Positions 40,350-53,445 are shown, counted from the stretch's first letter. The stretch is 64,000 nucleotides of DNA from Piromyces finnis finn (GCA_002104945.1 MCFH01000012.1:62001-126000), one strand, 5' to 3'. Translations and numbers: made by a program. Notes: generated by a model from the letters alone, not told the origin.

Positions 40350-43300
40350 ATGAATATTGGAAATGTTTCCGGAAGTAATTCAAATGTTCAAAAAATAGGA
40401 AATGTTGCATTTTCTATTGCAAAAGAAGCAGCAAAATTTAGTAAAAAGGTAATTTATATGGAAGAAATGTATTATAAATCTTATACTTTATTATTATTTC
40501 TATCTTTATATTTATCTATTTCTTTAAATTTTAAATTTTTTATTATATATATATAATGTATTATTAAAAATTGAATAAATAAAAAAGGTTTCAGAAGAAA
40601 TTGTTGAAAAGTCAAGAGAATATTCTCAATCAAATCAACTTTATGATAAATATTATGTTGATATTGATGAAATGAAAAATCTTCTTGATTCTAAATATGA
40701 AGCGGAAAAAATAGATGGTTTAAAACGAGCAATAGGAGTAAAATAAAAAAATAAAAAAAAATTAATTTAAATAATAAATTAAAAAAAAGAGTGAAATATT
40801 AAAAATGTCATTTGGTTTATTATTTTATATATTCAAAAAAAAAAAGTTTATTGCAAAAGGTCGTGATTGTTCAGCCCTTTTCCCTTCTGTAGTTAAAAAT
40901 GTTGCAGTTACTTCTTTAGAAGTTAAAAGATTAGTTTATGATTATTTATTACATTATGCCAATAAAGAACAAGAATTAGCCCTTTTAGCCATTAATACAA
41001 TCCAAGTAAACTATATTCAGTTATTATTATATTATAATTATTATCATATTATCAATATCATAGTAAAAAAAAATAAGAACATTTGATTCCTTCAAAACAT
41101 CATGTTGAAGCAGAGGCTAATGACTTTTTTTTTTTAAAAATTGCAAATATAAAAATTAAATATATTATTCTTCTCATAATCAAAATATAAAAGAAAGAAT
41201 TATCAGATAAAAATCCAGAAGTTCGTGCTTTAGCCATACGAGTTATGTCTAGTATTAAAAGTAATAGGGAAATAAAATAATATTTATTATAAGCTAAAAG
41301 ATATTATGTTTTGTTTACTATTATAAATACTTATTATATTTTAAAAAAAAAAAAAAAATTCTTTCGATTCTATATTATAATAGTACCAGCCATTATGACA
41401 ATTGGTAAAAAACAATAATAATACTGTAAAAAATATTTTTTTTTAAAAAAAAAGCTTTTTTTTAAAATCTTTATAGTATTACAGGGTATAAAAAAAACTA
41501 TAAAAGATGATTCTATATTAGTAAGACAAGCTGCTGTCAATTCCTTAATTAAATGTTATCAGTATGTTTTACTTATTAACTCTAAATTTTTCATTTAATT
41601 GAAGAAAATGTAAATTATGATATTAATTAATATATATTATTATTTATTTATCTATTAATTAATATAATTTAAGAATGGAACCAGAAAAAAAAACAGTTTA
41701 TGTTGAATTAATCACAGTGGCTTTAAAAGAAACATCACCTTATGTTATCGGTAATGTTATTAATGCTTTCAACAATATATGTCCGGAACGCTTAGATTTA
41801 ATACATATACATTATCGAAGACTATGTGTACTTTTAATTGATGTTGATTGTTGGGGTCAATTAGCAATATTAGATCTATTATTAAGATATGGTAGGAATT
41901 AAAAGATAATGAGAATTTATTGATAAAAAAAATAATAATAAACGATAGACTATTTATTCATTTTGATAGTAATACCTTTTTTTTTTCTTATAAATAATAA
42001 GCAAAATGTCAATTTAAATGTCCATATAATGAAAAAAAAGAAAAGGTATATGTAATAAAAGACAAAGAAAAATTATACCATTACTTTTATTGTATTTACA
42101 ACATATATTTATAATCAAATGTTAATGCATTTATTTTATATATATTATATATTTATTATATGTTATATTTTATTGGTAATAAATAAATTACAAGCAGGTT
42201 ATAGAAAACAACACCACAGAAGATAAATTAACTAGTTTCTTAATGAAAAATGAAGATGATTTCTTTGATAATGAAGAAAATGTTGATAAAGATCTTCGTT
42301 TATTATTGGATTATTGTAAACCTATTTTACAAAGTTATAATATAGCGGTAAATTTAATATATATATAAACTAATCAACAATATATAATTAAAATAAAAAA
42401 ATAATCAATATTCTTATTTATATACTCGTATTTATTTATTTATTTATTAATAATTATTAAAAAAAAAAGATTATATTGAAAATTGTTACAATATTTTATT
42501 ATCTTGCTCCAAGAAATGAATTTAATAATGTAGCTTTAACACTTTTACGTTTTATTACAAAAAGTTATGAATTACAATATCCTGTTCTTCAAACTATCCT
42601 ATCCATTTCAAATAATATGCCAGAAATTTTCAGACCTCATATCAAATTCTTTTTCATAAATAATGAAAGTCCATATTACATTAAAGAACTTCAAATGAAA
42701 ATTATAATAAATCTTACAGATAGTCACAATAGTAATTTAGTTTATAATGAATTTCATGTAAGTATCAATTTTAAATCATATAGGAAATATGAAAATTAAT
42801 AAAAAAATGGAAAATTATAACTATTTATACCTACATATACATTATATCTATTGAACTATTAAATATTAGTCATATATACGAAATGAAGATCCAAAATTTG
42901 TTATACTAACCATGGAGGTAAAAATATATATATATATATTTATATATAACAGTAATTTATCAAGTATCTAATATTTATTTATATATATATTTTTTTTAAT
43001 TATATATCAAGGCAATTTCAATTTTAGCAAAGAAAATACCAATTCTTACAGAGATTTTTTTGAAATTATTATTATCAAGAATTATGACAAAAAATGGTAT
43101 GCAAATAAATATAATATTCGTTAAGTAAATAGTGAAAATAGTATTTAAATAATTTCGAATTTTTTTTTTTTTTACAATATATATTAATTCATTAATAAAA
43201 AAAAAATGAAAAAGATCAAGTTTCAGCTGAATGCATCATTGTTATCCGAAAGTTACTTCAACTCTATCCAGAAGATAATTCAAATATAATAAAATATTTA

Positions 43301-44809
43301 ATAAAAATTCTTCCAAGCATTACAATACCAAAAGCTAAAGCTAATCTTTTATGGTTGATTGGACATTATTGTCAATCCGTTATTTTAATTGTTCCTAATA
43401 TTTTAAGAATATTTTCCAAAAACTTTAATAAAGAAGAGATTCAAGTAAAATATCAAATTTTAAATTTAGGTGCTAAACTTGTTAGTGTTGATCCTACTCC
43501 ACAAAATCTATTACTTTTCGAATATGTTCTTAATTTATCAAAATATGATATTCATTATGATTTAAGAGATAAGGCTAGATTCTATAGAGCATTAATATTG
43601 AATCCAATTCGTAAATATATTCCAAATGCCCATAATAAAACACCGGAACCTCTAAATGAAGAAACCACCGCCGATAAAGAAGATATTAATAATAGCAATA
43701 GTAATAATGAATCTTTTGATCATGAAAATGAGGCAAAGGATGAAATCGAAAATGACAAAGAAAACCCTGGTAAAGAACAAGATACAATAAATGAAAAAAA
43801 CAAAAATAGAGTAACACTTTTAAATAGTGAATCATTAGATGAATTATTATTAAGTATACAAAAAATACTATTTAGTAATAATATGTTACTTCAAAATCAA
43901 AGTAATAATACAACAGAAGGTAATTTTTTTTTTTTTTGACTCTTGAATTTATTCAATATAGAATATTATCTTTTCTTTTTTTATTATCATTATTATCATC
44001 ATCCTTAATATTATTATTGTTATTTTTTTATTTATAAATAAATTGCAACTACCAAAAAATTGCATATAAAGATGATAATGAGAAATACACATTAGGATCA
44101 CTATCACATTGTGTTAATAGCACTGTGAAGGGATATGTACCATTACCAGAATGGCCTGAAACAACATTAAATGAAAATGCACGTGATAATAATTATGTAT
44201 GTATATTTATATTTTATAGAATACATATAAAATATTAGCTACATTTTAATTTTAATATTAATTTCGATTAATATTTAAACAAACACAAAAATATTTCTCT
44301 TATTATACTAAAAAAATAAAAAAAATAAAAAAATAGAATACAGATTATGATGAAAAATCATTTTCAAGTAGTGATAGGAGATTTAAAAACTTTACTGAAA
44401 TTCGCAAAACTTCTTCTACTAGCAATAATATAATAAGTAAAGCAAGTACAACAAATAAACGTTATATTACATTGGATGAATTTTATAATTCTACAGATGA
44501 TGGTAATTTTTTTTCTTTTATTGAATCAAAAAGCCAATCTATTATTTTTTTTAACTAATAGTATAAATATATATTTATACATATTATTATATATTAGATT
44601 CTGAAGAAGAAAGTGAAGAAGAAGACGAAACTGAAGAAGAATCCGAAGAAGAAGAATCCGAAGAAGAGGAATCCGAAGAAGAGGAATCCGAAGAAGAGGA
44701 ATCCGAAGAAGAGGAATCCGAAGAAGAAGAATCCGAAGAAGAGGAATCCGAAGAAGAAGAATCCGAAGAAGAGGAATCTGAAGAAGAGGAATCTGATGAA
44801 GAGGATTAA
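40350..44809 (+). CDS. APL6: AP-3 adaptor complex beta subunit, multi-exon
   Basis: AKGRDCSALFPSVVKNVA, EVKRLVYDYLLHYA, LALLAINTIQ, LSDKNPEVRALAIRVMSSI, PERLDLIHIHYRRLCVLLIDVDCWGQ and KYDIHYDLRDKARF, ending in an acidic tail. Confidence 0.92.
44600..44806 (+). repeat. Coding 15-bp minisatellite (GAATCCGAAGAAGAG-like, SEEEE, about a dozen units) forming the AP-3 beta C-terminus
   Basis: Seen directly. It also explains the spurious NPKKR and IPLLR ORFs in other frames. Confidence 0.92.
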
Positions 44810-45539
44810 ATTTGATAATAATAATAATTATTATAATAATGATAATAATAAAAAGAAGTAAATAAACAAAAAATATTAAAATAAAATATAGTATAAATAA
44901 AATCGTTAAATAAAAAAAAATAAAAAACTTTAAATTTTTAAATACATATATATATATATATGGAAAAGACACATACATACATCTACAAACATTGTTAATT
45001 CCTAAATACTTCTTGTTATGAGTTGATTACATAACAAAGTAATAAATATTATCTTTAATTGATTCACTTTGTGTAACCAATTTAAAAAAGAGTTTTTTTT
45101 TTTTTTTTTTTTTGCATTAAACTTTTTAAAATAATTCTTTCTCAACAGGACAATAATCAACAACAACAACATGAGATCCATTAATTATCTATTTTTACTA
45201 TTAATTAATATCTTTGATTTTTTTTTTTTTTTTTTACACTCTTTTATTTCTTTTATTATAAATCAAACATTATATTACTAAATAAAAAAATAACTATAAT
45301 ATATCTACAATATATATAAAGTATTTTGTATATTAAAAAAAAAAAAGTAGTTAAAAATTTCTTTATTATATCTACAAAAACTTTTTTCTTATTTATTTAT
45401 TATAATTTAAACTTTAATTATTATTAAAATTAAAATTAAAATATATTTATGAAAAAAAATGAATTTTACACATTTAAAAAAAAAATTAATTTTTTTTTAT
45501 TTTTTATATTTTATTTTTATTTAATAAAAAAAAAAAAAA

Positions 45540-45583
45540 ATGAATTATACTGAAGATAAAAGTGAACCAGAAGAATATGGTAA

Positions 45584-45617
<34 letters not shown>

Positions 45618-46667
45618 AACTAAATAAATCATATTTAATAAATACATACACATATATTTATATTTTATATTATTATAGGAAATCGTTCATTTCTTTCTTT
45701 CAATCGTGGGAATAAATTAAAACGTCACTACATTGAACAATCAAATAATTGTTATAAAAGTTTTAAACCTTCATTACTATCGTCTAACTCTTTAAATTCT
45801 AATGAAGTAAATAAAAAATTAAAATAAACTTTTTTTTTATTAAAATAATAATAATAAATTTATTAATAATATAATATTATTTTAAATATATATATTGTTT
45901 CAATTATCTTTAAAAAAAAAAAAAAGGTTAGCTTAGTCAATAAAAAGAAATTTTTATTAAATAAAAAAATTAAATTAGATCCAGACAATGATCCTTATTA
46001 TAATATCAATATAGAAGGTTTTTAAAATTTAAACATTATATTCATATTTGTATATATATATTTATATTAAAAAAAAAAAAGGAAAAAAAAACACATTATT
46101 AATCAATATGTTTATCAATATTATCAATTTAGAAATTTTTAATATACCGGAAAAAATGGTAGATATTAAAGATCACAAAACATCTGTGGCAATTTTAAGA
46201 AATAGACAATTAAAAGTCATATATTATAGTATAATGACTATGATTGAAAGAGAAAAAATAAAATTAAAAAAATTAATAGATTTATGTAATTTATTACAAG
46301 GAGATACCTTACAATATATTAATTACGAAATTGATAATAAAATACCAAAAGAAAAGTTGACTAAACTTCGAGAACTTGCACAAGTTAGTAATTTAAATAA
46401 ACAACACAACCACAACTATTTATTACATATAAAATAGAATTATTAATATTACCTATTTATATATATAAAAATATTCAAAACTTTTTTTATTTTTAGGAAA
46501 ATTTAAATTGTGGATTGGAATATGTTGATAATTTAAAAAATATAAGAAATATGGTTTTACAAACATATCTTCAAAAAAAGACACTAGCGAAGAAATATTG
46601 TCCATTTAATTTAACCAATGACGTAAAAGATTATTATTCTGACATTGAAAAAATTGTTTATATTTAA
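45540..46667 (+). CDS. RXT2: RXT2-like (Rpd3L histone deacetylase complex subunit) N-terminal-domain protein, about 5 exons
   Basis: FNRGNKLKR, DNDPYYNINIEEIFNIPEKMVDIKDHK and MIEREKIKLKKLIDLCNLLQGD follow the recalled RXT2_N pattern (NRGNKL...DPY..I..EE...HP...ER......LRGD). Confidence 0.65.
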
Positions 46668-47432
46668 ATTTGATGTATATAGAGGAGAAACAATATATAA
46701 TTTAATAAAAATTGATAAAAAATAATATTTATTTGACAGTTGGTTAAACTGTAAAAATAAATTATTTAGTGTTTCTTAAATATATATAAGATATATGCAT
46801 TTCAGTCAAATAAATGATAATATTATGAAAATATATATATATATCATTTTCAAAAAAGAATTAATATTATGAAAATAATTTATTTATTAACTAATTTATT
46901 ATTTCTTTGTTGGTATAGTTTAGTCTTATTTAAAACCAATAATAAATTTTATTATTCAACTGAATCAAAGTAATTATTTGACTTGATTTGAAAAAAAAAA
47001 AGAAAAAGTAAAATAATTATTTACATAAATTTTAGGATTTCATTAACACAGAAAAGAAAAAAAAAAATTATTTGACTTGACTTTTAAATGGAATTTTTTT
47101 ATTTTTATAAGTTAAATCATATGATTAGTGTATGACTAACATATTTTTATGTTAAATTTACATTTATTACATTTTATTTATTTTTTATTATTAATTATTA
47201 CAAAATTATTAGTAAAAAATTAAATTTAATCTACTTTATTAATATATGCTTATATATTATAATAATATATTAACAATATATTAAATTAATTCCATAATTC
47301 CTTTGTTAGCAAATCAAATAGCTATATGGCACAGCCACTATATATCTTTTTTTTCCAGAAAAATTTTATTATATATTAGGTAGGAATTTCCTTTTTGTTA
47401 ATACCTTACAATCAAAAAATTATTTAAAAAAA

Positions 47433-49125
47433 ATGGCTTCCATCGGGTAAGAATTATAAATTTGAGTTTGGTGAAAAAAGAAGTTTGAGAAAAATGGTGT
47501 TATTCGAAGAAATAGTTTAAAAGTCAATTATAGGATAAAAATTAACAAAGAATATTATTTTATTTTTTTTTAAAAAAAAATTATGTAAATAAAAATGAAG
47601 TGAAAGAGTAATCATAACTAATAATAAAAATATTCTATTAATTATCATTTAAAAATCATTTAAAAATTATGTTAAATTAAAATTAATAGTACTATTTACT
47701 CCTACCCAAACAACCCAAGGTAATAATTGTATAATAATATTAAGTAATATATATCAATACATATAAACATAAATAATAATAAATTAAAAAAAATAATTAT
47801 TAAATAATGAAATAATTTGATTTGTAATTTAAATAGAGTTGCTAAGGCTCTTATTGCTGCTGAATACAGTGGTGTTAAGGTCGATGTTAAGACTGATATT
47901 GAAATGGGTAAGTTCAACAAGTCTGAAGATTACCTTAGCAAGTTCCCATTCGGTAAGGTTCCAGCCTTCGAAGGAAAGGACTGTACCCTTTACGAAAGTA
48001 ACGCTATTGCTTACTACAGTAAGTAAATTTTAAGATTGATATAGCAAAAATAATAAAAAAAATAGTGGAAAAGAAAATTTTGGAATTAAATTAAAATTTA
48101 TTTTATTTTTAATAGTTGCCAGTCTTAACGAAGAAACTGGTTTATTAGGTGCTAACCCAGTTAAGGCTGCCCAAATTCAACAATACATCTTCATGTCCGA
48201 TAACGAAATCATCCCACCAATGTACAGTTGGATTGGTCCAATCAAGGGTTACGTTCCATACAACAAGAACAACGTTAACAAGGCCCAAGAAGATATCAAG
48301 AAGGTTATGGGTATCTTAAACACTGTTCTTTCCAAGAAGACTTACTTAGTTGGTGAACGTATCACTCTTGCTGATATTACTGTTTTCTGTTCCCTTACTC
48401 TTCTTTACCAAGAACTCTTTGACTTAGCTTTCAGATCTGCTTACCCAAATGTTAACCGTTGGTTCCTTACTTTAGCTAACCAAAAGCAATTCAAGAATGT
48501 TATTGGTGAAATTAAGCTCTGTGAAGTTCAAGCTCAATACGTTCCACCAAAGAAGGAAAAGAAGGAAAAGAAGGAAAAGAAGAAGGAAGCTCCAAAGCCA
48601 GCTGCTGCTCCAGCTCCAGCTGCTGAAGAAAAGCCAAAGGAAAAGAAGAAGAACCCAATGGATTTACTTCCAAAGTCCTCCTTCAACCTTGAAGACTGGA
48701 AGAGATTCTACTCTAACAATGACACCAAGCCAAACGCTGTTGATTACTTCTGGAAGAACTACGATGCCGAAGGTTACTCCATGTGGAGAGTTGACTACAA
48801 GTACAACGATGAACTTACTCAAACCTTCATGTCTTGTAACCTTATCGGTGGTTTCTTCCAAAGAATGGAACTCCTCCGTAAGTACGCTTTCGGTACCTTA
48901 ATTGTTACTGGTGAAAACAACAACAACCAAATTTCTGGTTACTTCATCATCCGTGGTAGCGAAATCCCAGAAATCCTTATTGATGTTCCAGATTACCCAT
49001 CCTTCACCTTCACTAAGGTTGACTCTAACGATGCTAAGGTTAAGGCTGAATACGAAGATTACATTGCCTGGGAAGGTCCAACCTTCAGCAACACCACTGT
49101 TGTTGACGGTAAGGTCTTCAAGTAA
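47433..49125 (+). CDS. TEF4: Translation elongation factor eEF1B-gamma, 411 aa, 4 exons (47433-47446, 47690-47719, 47837-48018, 48116-49125)
   Basis: GST-like N-terminus (KFPFGKVPAFEG, LYESNAIAYY), Lys/Ala linker, and EF1G C-domain (FNLEDWKRFYSNNDT, YSMWRVDYKYNDEL, FMSCNLIGGFFQR). Strong codon bias. Confidence 0.97.
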
Positions 49126-49451
49126 GCAACAAAATTAAGTATTCTTGTTTGTTAAAAATAATTTGAATAAACAGGAATAATAATACCGAATATAAAAATT
49201 TTATAAAACCTTTTATGCAATTAATTTTTAAAAAAAAATAAAAAAAAATAAATATACAATTAATAAAAAAATATATATAAAAATTTTTAAAGTGTGTTTT
49301 TCCCATTATCTGTAGTAATTTTAAAAGTGGAAAATTTTTTATTTTATTGATTTTTATAAATCACATCACTATTTTTTAAATACCTTTGTTAAATTCAATA
49401 AGTTAAAAAGGAAAAAAAAAACAAAAGTATTTACTAATTTGTCATAATTTT

Positions 49452-49493
49452 AAAATACTTCCATTAAAAAATCTTTATTAATGGAAGTATTTT
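49452..49493. repeat. Perfect 16-bp inverted repeat downstream of TEF4 and just upstream of the LINE cluster
   Basis: AAAATACTTCCATTAA and TTAATGGAAGTATTTT. Confidence 0.85.
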
Positions 49494-49573
49494 CTTTTTT
49501 TTTTTTTTTTTTTAATTTTTAATTGTTATTAAATAGAATTAAAAAATTAAAGATTATCTTTTGCTATTGGCCA

Positions 49574-51063
49574 AAAGATCATACTTTGCACCATTACTTG
49601 GATCCAACAAAGCTAGGTCTAGGATTGCTCAGAAGCATGTTAACAAAGGAATACGATGGGTTGCCGGAGTTCATAAAGCTGTATCGTTTATATCTTTATA
49701 CTCTATTTCAAAAGATTTGAATATTCCTCCATTGTCAGCCAAATGTGCGTTAGCTCAGGTTAGATGTTTTAACAAATGGAAAAACTCAAATTGTATTATC
49801 TCACACCTTGTCAATTACATTCCTAAATTTAGAAAATACACGTGGTGCAAATCAAGTAGGACACTTGATAAAAAACTAAAGAAGCATGGAGATATTAAAG
49901 CAATTAAAAACTTTTATTGGAAAGATCTCAAAGGGAATTCAATCAAAGCGCAATATTATGATGATAATAAATTTATTGAAACTAAAGATTTTATTAAATT
50001 ATGTTATGAATACCCAGAGTTTGCCTATGGCTTCTACTGGCTATTGAAAGCAAGAAGCGGATACAAGTTGGATGCTAGAGTTGCCAAAGCTGCCAAATTT
50101 GTTGATCCAGTTTGTCCTAACTACTGTCCATGTTGCAAGTGTGGAGATCAAAGTATTAAACATTGGTTATTAGATTGTCCAACATTTAGAGATATCCGTA
50201 TTAAGCATTGGTTATTAGATTGTCCAACATTTAGAGATATCCGTATTAAACATTATGATTCCATAGTCCAGCTATTAAATTTTTTCAGTCAACGTAATTC
50301 CAATAGTCCTATCAATAATAATGAAATTGATAATATCAGTAGAGATAGTAATAATATTAATAGTAATAGTAACAATAGTAGTAATAACAATAGTAGTAAT
50401 AGAAATAATAATATTAGTAATGATAGCAATAGTGAAGATAATAATTCTAATTTAGATAGTAATTTAGTTAATGATAGTAATAGTTCTAATAATCCGGTGA
50501 ATATTAATGTGTATGATTATTCTAGTGTGTGCAGTAAAATATTTAAATTCCTTCTTGGGGGAAGAAGTTTTAACAATATTAATTACAATTCAAGGGAATG
50601 GAAAGAACTTTGTAAGCGTCAGATTCAATCTGGTACTAACGAGGGAACACCATTCTTGACGGTAACCGCGGAACTTCTAACCAAAATCATGCCTTTTGCT
50701 ATTGGCCAGCAATGGTCAATGTTCAAAAGGTTTGAAGCAACATCCAAGAGTGTCAATGCTGAAGAAACAGTAAGACAGGCCAGGAGGGCCAGCGCAACCA
50801 ATGGAGATCATAATTTTGTTCCATGACAAAATTTTGATCTTTGGCTCGGTGTCCCATTGGAAGTCAAATACAATTATTATACTTTAGTATGATAGTGGCT
50901 TTCTTACTTTAATTAAAATTACTAGAATACATTATACCCAATTTTTATTCATTTGTGTTTATTTAAACATATTTTTTTTATTTTTATTTTTATTTTTTAA
51001 TTTTTTATTACATGTATTATAATTTTAATTAAATTAATAATAAAGTTTAAAATATTTGATGCC

Positions 51064-51093
<30 letters not shown>
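49574..51093 (+). mobile_element. 5'-truncated non-LTR retrotransposon (LINE family A): post-RT region, CCHC zinc knuckle, 3' UTR, poly(A)
   Basis: YFAPLLGSNK, LNIPPLSAKCA, WLLKARSGY and CPCCKCGDQSIKHWLLDC. 45-bp internal tandem duplication at 50155/50200. Poly(A) at 51067-51093. No RT or endonuclease domain remains. Confidence 0.85.
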
Positions 51094-51094
<1 letters not shown>

Positions 51095-52113
51095 ATTGGA
51101 ATAATAGTAGCCTAAATAATGGAAGTAAAGCCCTCAGATATACTAACAACAAATTCCTTAATTCAAATCGCCTAATGCATATCGGTCTCAACAAACCTCA
51201 CTTAAATTTAGGAATTACCTGGATTATTCGTATTCGATGCGGTTATGAAAATACTACCCGAATTGCTATTGCCAGTAATAGAGTTACTCCTGACTGCCCT
51301 CGTGTCTGTCCATGTTGCGGATATGACGAACAATCTTTTTACCATTGGATATTAGAATGTTCTGCATTCTCTGAATACAGAGCTTCTTCACTTAGCTTTC
51401 TTGACTATCTTTTTACCCTTTTTTACAATAAATATAAGAATCAATTCATCACATACTTACTCCCCGAAACGGAAGTAAGAAAAACAATTTATAACTATAT
51501 TTTTACGTTCCTTCTTGGTGGAACTTTAGCTTATGATGAGCTACAAATCGATAAGGCGGAACAAAGACATTTGAATGAACAACTTTACAGTTCATCGGGG
51601 TCTCATGTTCCATATGTAGAGGGTCTCGCGGCTTTTCTTACTAAAACAATCCCTATCATTAGTAGCTCTATGAAGCTACTTTTTGATAGGTTTAGTAAGA
51701 CACCTAACGTAATCAAGAGCGCCGACGTCGTACCGATATGGCAAAGGAACATTTCCAATGTTTCGTATACAGGGCTCAATGTTAGTATTTCCTCAAATTC
51801 GAATGAAAACATTATGAACTCATGGGAGAGTTTAGTGGACACCACACTATCATACTTGATGTTACTTCTTTTTTTTATTTCATTTAATTTATTAGGTAGG
51901 GACCAATCCACACAGTACAAATTGTAGAGTTCATTGAACTTTTATGCAACTTAAATAATTATTTTATATTATTTTATATTTATATTTTTATTTATATATA
52001 TTTTATTATTTTTATTTATTATTTATTATATCAATATCAATATGTATTATCACCTAATGTTATGTATATCTCAAATTAAATAAATAAATAAAAGATGTGT
52101 ATTCTCTTCCTAG

Positions 52114-52153
<40 letters not shown>
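51094..52153 (+). mobile_element. 5'-truncated LINE of a second family (B) with a CCHC zinc knuckle and a 37-nt poly(A)
   Basis: The frame starts at A's poly(A): YWNN...WIIRIRCGY...CPCCGYDEQSFYHWILEC...FLLGG. It is paralogous to family A but clearly divergent. Poly(A) at 52117-52153. Confidence 0.82.
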
Positions 52154-52157
<4 letters not shown>

Positions 52158-52470
52158 GCTATTGGCCAGCAATTGTCAATGGAGATCATAATTTTGTAAT
52201 TTAATAATAAAGTTTAAAATATTTGATGTCTTTAAAAAAAAAAATTTTGTACCATGACAAAATTTTGATCTTTGGCTCAGTGTCCTATTGGAAGTCAAAT
52301 ACAATTATTATACTTTCGTATCATAATGGCTTTTTTACTTTAATTAAAATGACTCGAATACATTATACCCAATTTTTATTCATTTGTATTTATTTAAACA
52401 TATTTTTTATTTTTATTTTTTTCTTTTTATTTTTAATTTTGTTTTTTATAACATGTATTATAATTTTAAT
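52154..52470 (+). mobile_element. Older deleted relic of the LINE family A 3' end, carrying a 47-bp mini-insertion (52198-52244)
   Basis: Direct repeat of 50694-51030, roughly 90-95% identical by eye, with an internal deletion at a CAATG microhomology. The insert is the extreme A-family 3' end plus A11, flanked by TTTTGT. Confidence 0.8.
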
Positions 52471-52863
52471 AGAGTATTTAAAATTTCTAATAATTATACA
52501 TAGATATTTTTGATACAATTAAGGGTATTAACAGCATTTTATTACAAATTAAAAAAAAAAAAAAAAAAAACTTTAAAATATTATGAATACTTAAATAAAT
52601 AAAATAATCAATTTTTATTAAATATTAAAAATAAACTTTTTCGAAAACCAAGTAATGCCAACATTTAAAAAGAGTGTAATACCTTATTTAATATATATAT
52701 TTATTTTTTTTTAAACATTATTGACTTTGTTGATACTATGAATGATTACAAAAAATAATTTAATTTTTATTTTTAATTTTCATCTTTAACTTCTTTATAA
52801 ATATTACTGAAAAAATTATACTTTATTTTCTAATATTTAATATTATAATTAATAATTATTAAA

Positions 52864-53445
52864 ATGGGTTGTAATTCTTCTACTTTAAACAGTGGCGTTA
52901 ATACCCAAGTAAATAGCATCAAATAAATTTAATATTAATATAAAGAAAGCTAAATAAAATAAAATTTAATAATTAAATGCTAATTATACATTTTTATTAT
53001 TACTACTTTTATATTAGGAAGGAACGGTAATATATATATATATATATTCATATAAACATATAATATTCATTATAGTTAAATTCTAAATATAAAGAAAAAA
53101 GAGTGAAATTAAAAAACAAGCATTCAAATTATTTAAATTCTATATGAGAATCTAATTAAAAATATTATATTTTAATATTAAATTAAATAAATGTTAAATT
53201 TTTAGAATTATAAAAAGACAGCTGTAAGTAGATATATATCAATCCATAATAGTTCATTAATATATTAATCATTCTATTTTTTTTTTTCATTATAGCAAGA
53301 TATTACAAAAAAGGTTAACAATGTAATAAACAGAATTGATGCGCAATTAGCTTATGATGATAAAGTTCAAGCTGAATTAGAGAATAAGGCGTCGAATAAT
53401 GCTACAACATCTGAAGATACTACTGAAGATACCAAAAATGAATGA
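52864..53445 (+). CDS. Predicted 73-aa N-acylated microprotein, 4 phase-0 exons (52864-52908, 53018-53026, 53206-53223, 53296-53445); not in the ORF track
   Basis: MGCNSSTLNSGVNTQ/EGT/NYKKTA/QDITKKVNNVINRIDAQLAYDDKVQAELENKASNNATTSEDTTEDTKNE*. GC-richer islands bounded by GT-AG, including a GTAAGT donor at 53224, preceded by AAAATG. Confidence 0.65.

Noticed and set aside
44526-44978. ORFs with IPLLR (minus strand) and NPKKR (plus strand) repeats
   Set aside because: They are alternate-frame and antisense readings of the SEEEE minisatellite in the AP-3 beta last exon.
48497-49306. Several ORFs overlapping TEF4
   Set aside because: Shadow frames caused by strong codon bias.
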